The notes beneath the pieces are model-generated. The model made no database searches and was not told the origin of the DNA. It saw only the letters and a program-made list of their open reading frames with translations. A stretch of 63,461 bases of DNA, the filler included, from Craspedostauros australis (Eukaryota): NCBI GenBank assembly GCA_030167865.1. It is 16 parts of 16 records of this genome, joined end to end, with 100 filler letters (N's around TTAATTAATTAA, not from the genome) between each part and the next. Parts side by side here need not be neighbours in the genome. Positions count along the whole stretch, not along the records: positions 60,453 to 62,196 come from JALAGF010000106.1; positions 62,297 to 63,461 come from JALAGF010000107.1; 14 more parts are not named here. One strand, 5' to 3'. The position numbers and the translations under genes are program-made. Numbering within the stretch: the first letter of the stretch is position 1; each line of letters opens with the position of its first letter. Shown here piece after piece: positions 62,062-63,461 of the stretch.

Positions 62062-62196
62062 CACTCTGTACCTTCACTCTGTACCTTCACTCTGTACCTT
62101 CACTCTGTACCTTCTGTACCTTCACTCTGCACCTTCACTCTGCACCTTCACTCTGTACCTTCACTCTGCACCTTCACTCTGCACCTTCACTCTGTA
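62062..62196. repeat. 13-bp minisatellite CACTCTG(T/C)ACCTT running into the contig end
   Basis: About 11 units, one shortened. Four carry the TGCAC variant instead of TGTAC. Confidence 0.95.
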
Positions 62197-63461
62197 NNNN
62201 NNNNNNNNNNNNNNNNNNNNNNNNNNNNNNNNNNNNNNNNTTAATTAATTAANNNNNNNNNNNNNNNNNNNNNNNNNNNNNNNNNNNNNNNNNNNNACGG
62301 CAAGAGCTCACTGCCAATTGGATTCTCCCCCATGTACAACCTTTGAAATTGGTCCATGGGCAATCAGAACGTTGGCACTGCCTGCGATGCTCATTGGCAT
62401 ATGTCGGTAGAATTTTCCACAAGGTTGTGACGGGGAACGAATGCAGACGCCTATCATTGCCAAGGAGGCGATTTCCTTGAACAGCGACTTGTGCAACGAC
62501 TTTCCGTCCCAGGTGCACAATGATAAACTATCAGGGACAGTGTTATTCCATTCCACACAGACCCCTGGTCATGCCATCTTCCATGTGAACTGCCAGGATG
62601 CATCAGCTCACATCTTCCCTGCTGATCCCAACCTCAATGGTAGCAGCATGGAAGATGAATTCGAATCCTCCCTCCTTTGACCCTTGTCCAGCACCATCTT
62701 CAAAGCACCAAGCCTAACAAGCCTATCCTCTTTGAACTTATTCTCCTTCCAGATGAAGCAGCCTCAGCTCAGCAACAACAATCAACACAGAGAGAATTCC
62801 AAAAATGTTACATACCATCTCGAAGGATCCAGACGGGTCATCTGTGGTTGTGTGCACGAGTCCAGCAAGACCATGCACACACATGTGCGAGATCATCCGA
62901 ACACCTCTGTCCACCTCTAAGAGCCAGAACAGCCTGTGGAGGAGCTGTGTTGTCCTGTTATTGTACACAGCGAAATCACACGAATCCGTCAAGAGAGATC
63001 AAGTTTTTCAGGAAGGTGGTGATGAGCTGGTGTAGCAAAGGTACTGATTGGGTAGAGTGACTTCTGAATCTATGTTATCTTCATTGAGTTAGTTGTATCT
63101 CATGTTGCTGCGTTCAAGGACAGCTCTCGGTCATGCATCTTTGCCATCTTGTTCTGATGTGGAGATGACCCATGATGTGGCAATGACGTCTCCTGTATCG
63201 ACGTCACTCATCACCATTCCATGGCTCTGTCGATTCCACATTCCATGATGAATCTTGAGGTCGTTGAAGGTGGTGTCACTTCAGGTTTAGTTGGGAAGTA
63301 GATCATGGTAAACTTGGCGTCACATGATTGCTGGGTGGTGGCCAGACCGAATCTCTGATGTTCTCTAGTGTGTTCCCTATGCCAATAATCATGTGTCTGG
63401 AGGAAAAGACGTTTCAGCACATACCAGGACGGACTAATCAGAAAATGTATCAGGTGAATAA

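Noticed and set aside
62297..63461. Possible decayed non-LTR coding remnant
   Set aside because: Only short ORFs and no convincing catalytic motif.

Overview
Eukaryotic DNA, most likely from a diatom, judged by CoDi-type copia elements, an HA-domain protein, a DUF6824-associated family gene, a KxxK-tailed secreted protein and short GT-AG introns. The window is not contiguous. It is 16 separate contigs joined by 15 artificial 100-nt linkers (N44-TTAATTAATTAA-N44), so neighbourhood only means something within a contig. Protein genes: a tandem HA-domain protein, mitochondrial trifunctional enzyme alpha (1 intron), L-galactono-1,4-lactone dehydrogenase (2 introns), four related cytochrome P450 copies (two pseudogenised) mirrored around those two genes, a Trm5/Met-10-like methyltransferase, an ankyrin gene with a stop-interrupted BTB-like tail, a GHMP kinase fragment, two secreted/cell-wall-type proteins and a 982-aa hybrid histidine kinase. 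Mobile and repetitive DNA: three copia-type LTR fragments, a non-LTR retrotransposon with RNase H, a Sola3-like DDE transposase, a 1235-bp tandem repeat and several palindromic or minisatellite arrays. The most notable signals are: (1) a near-complete ETR1-type ethylene-binding domain on the histidine kinase, without GAF; (2) the mirrored P450 arrangement; (3) strong TpA/CpA interconversion signatures, seen as TpA-free repeats and as five in-frame TAA codons in a Gln-rich ankyrin-BTB linker. All family calls come from motif recognition by eye; no searches were run.
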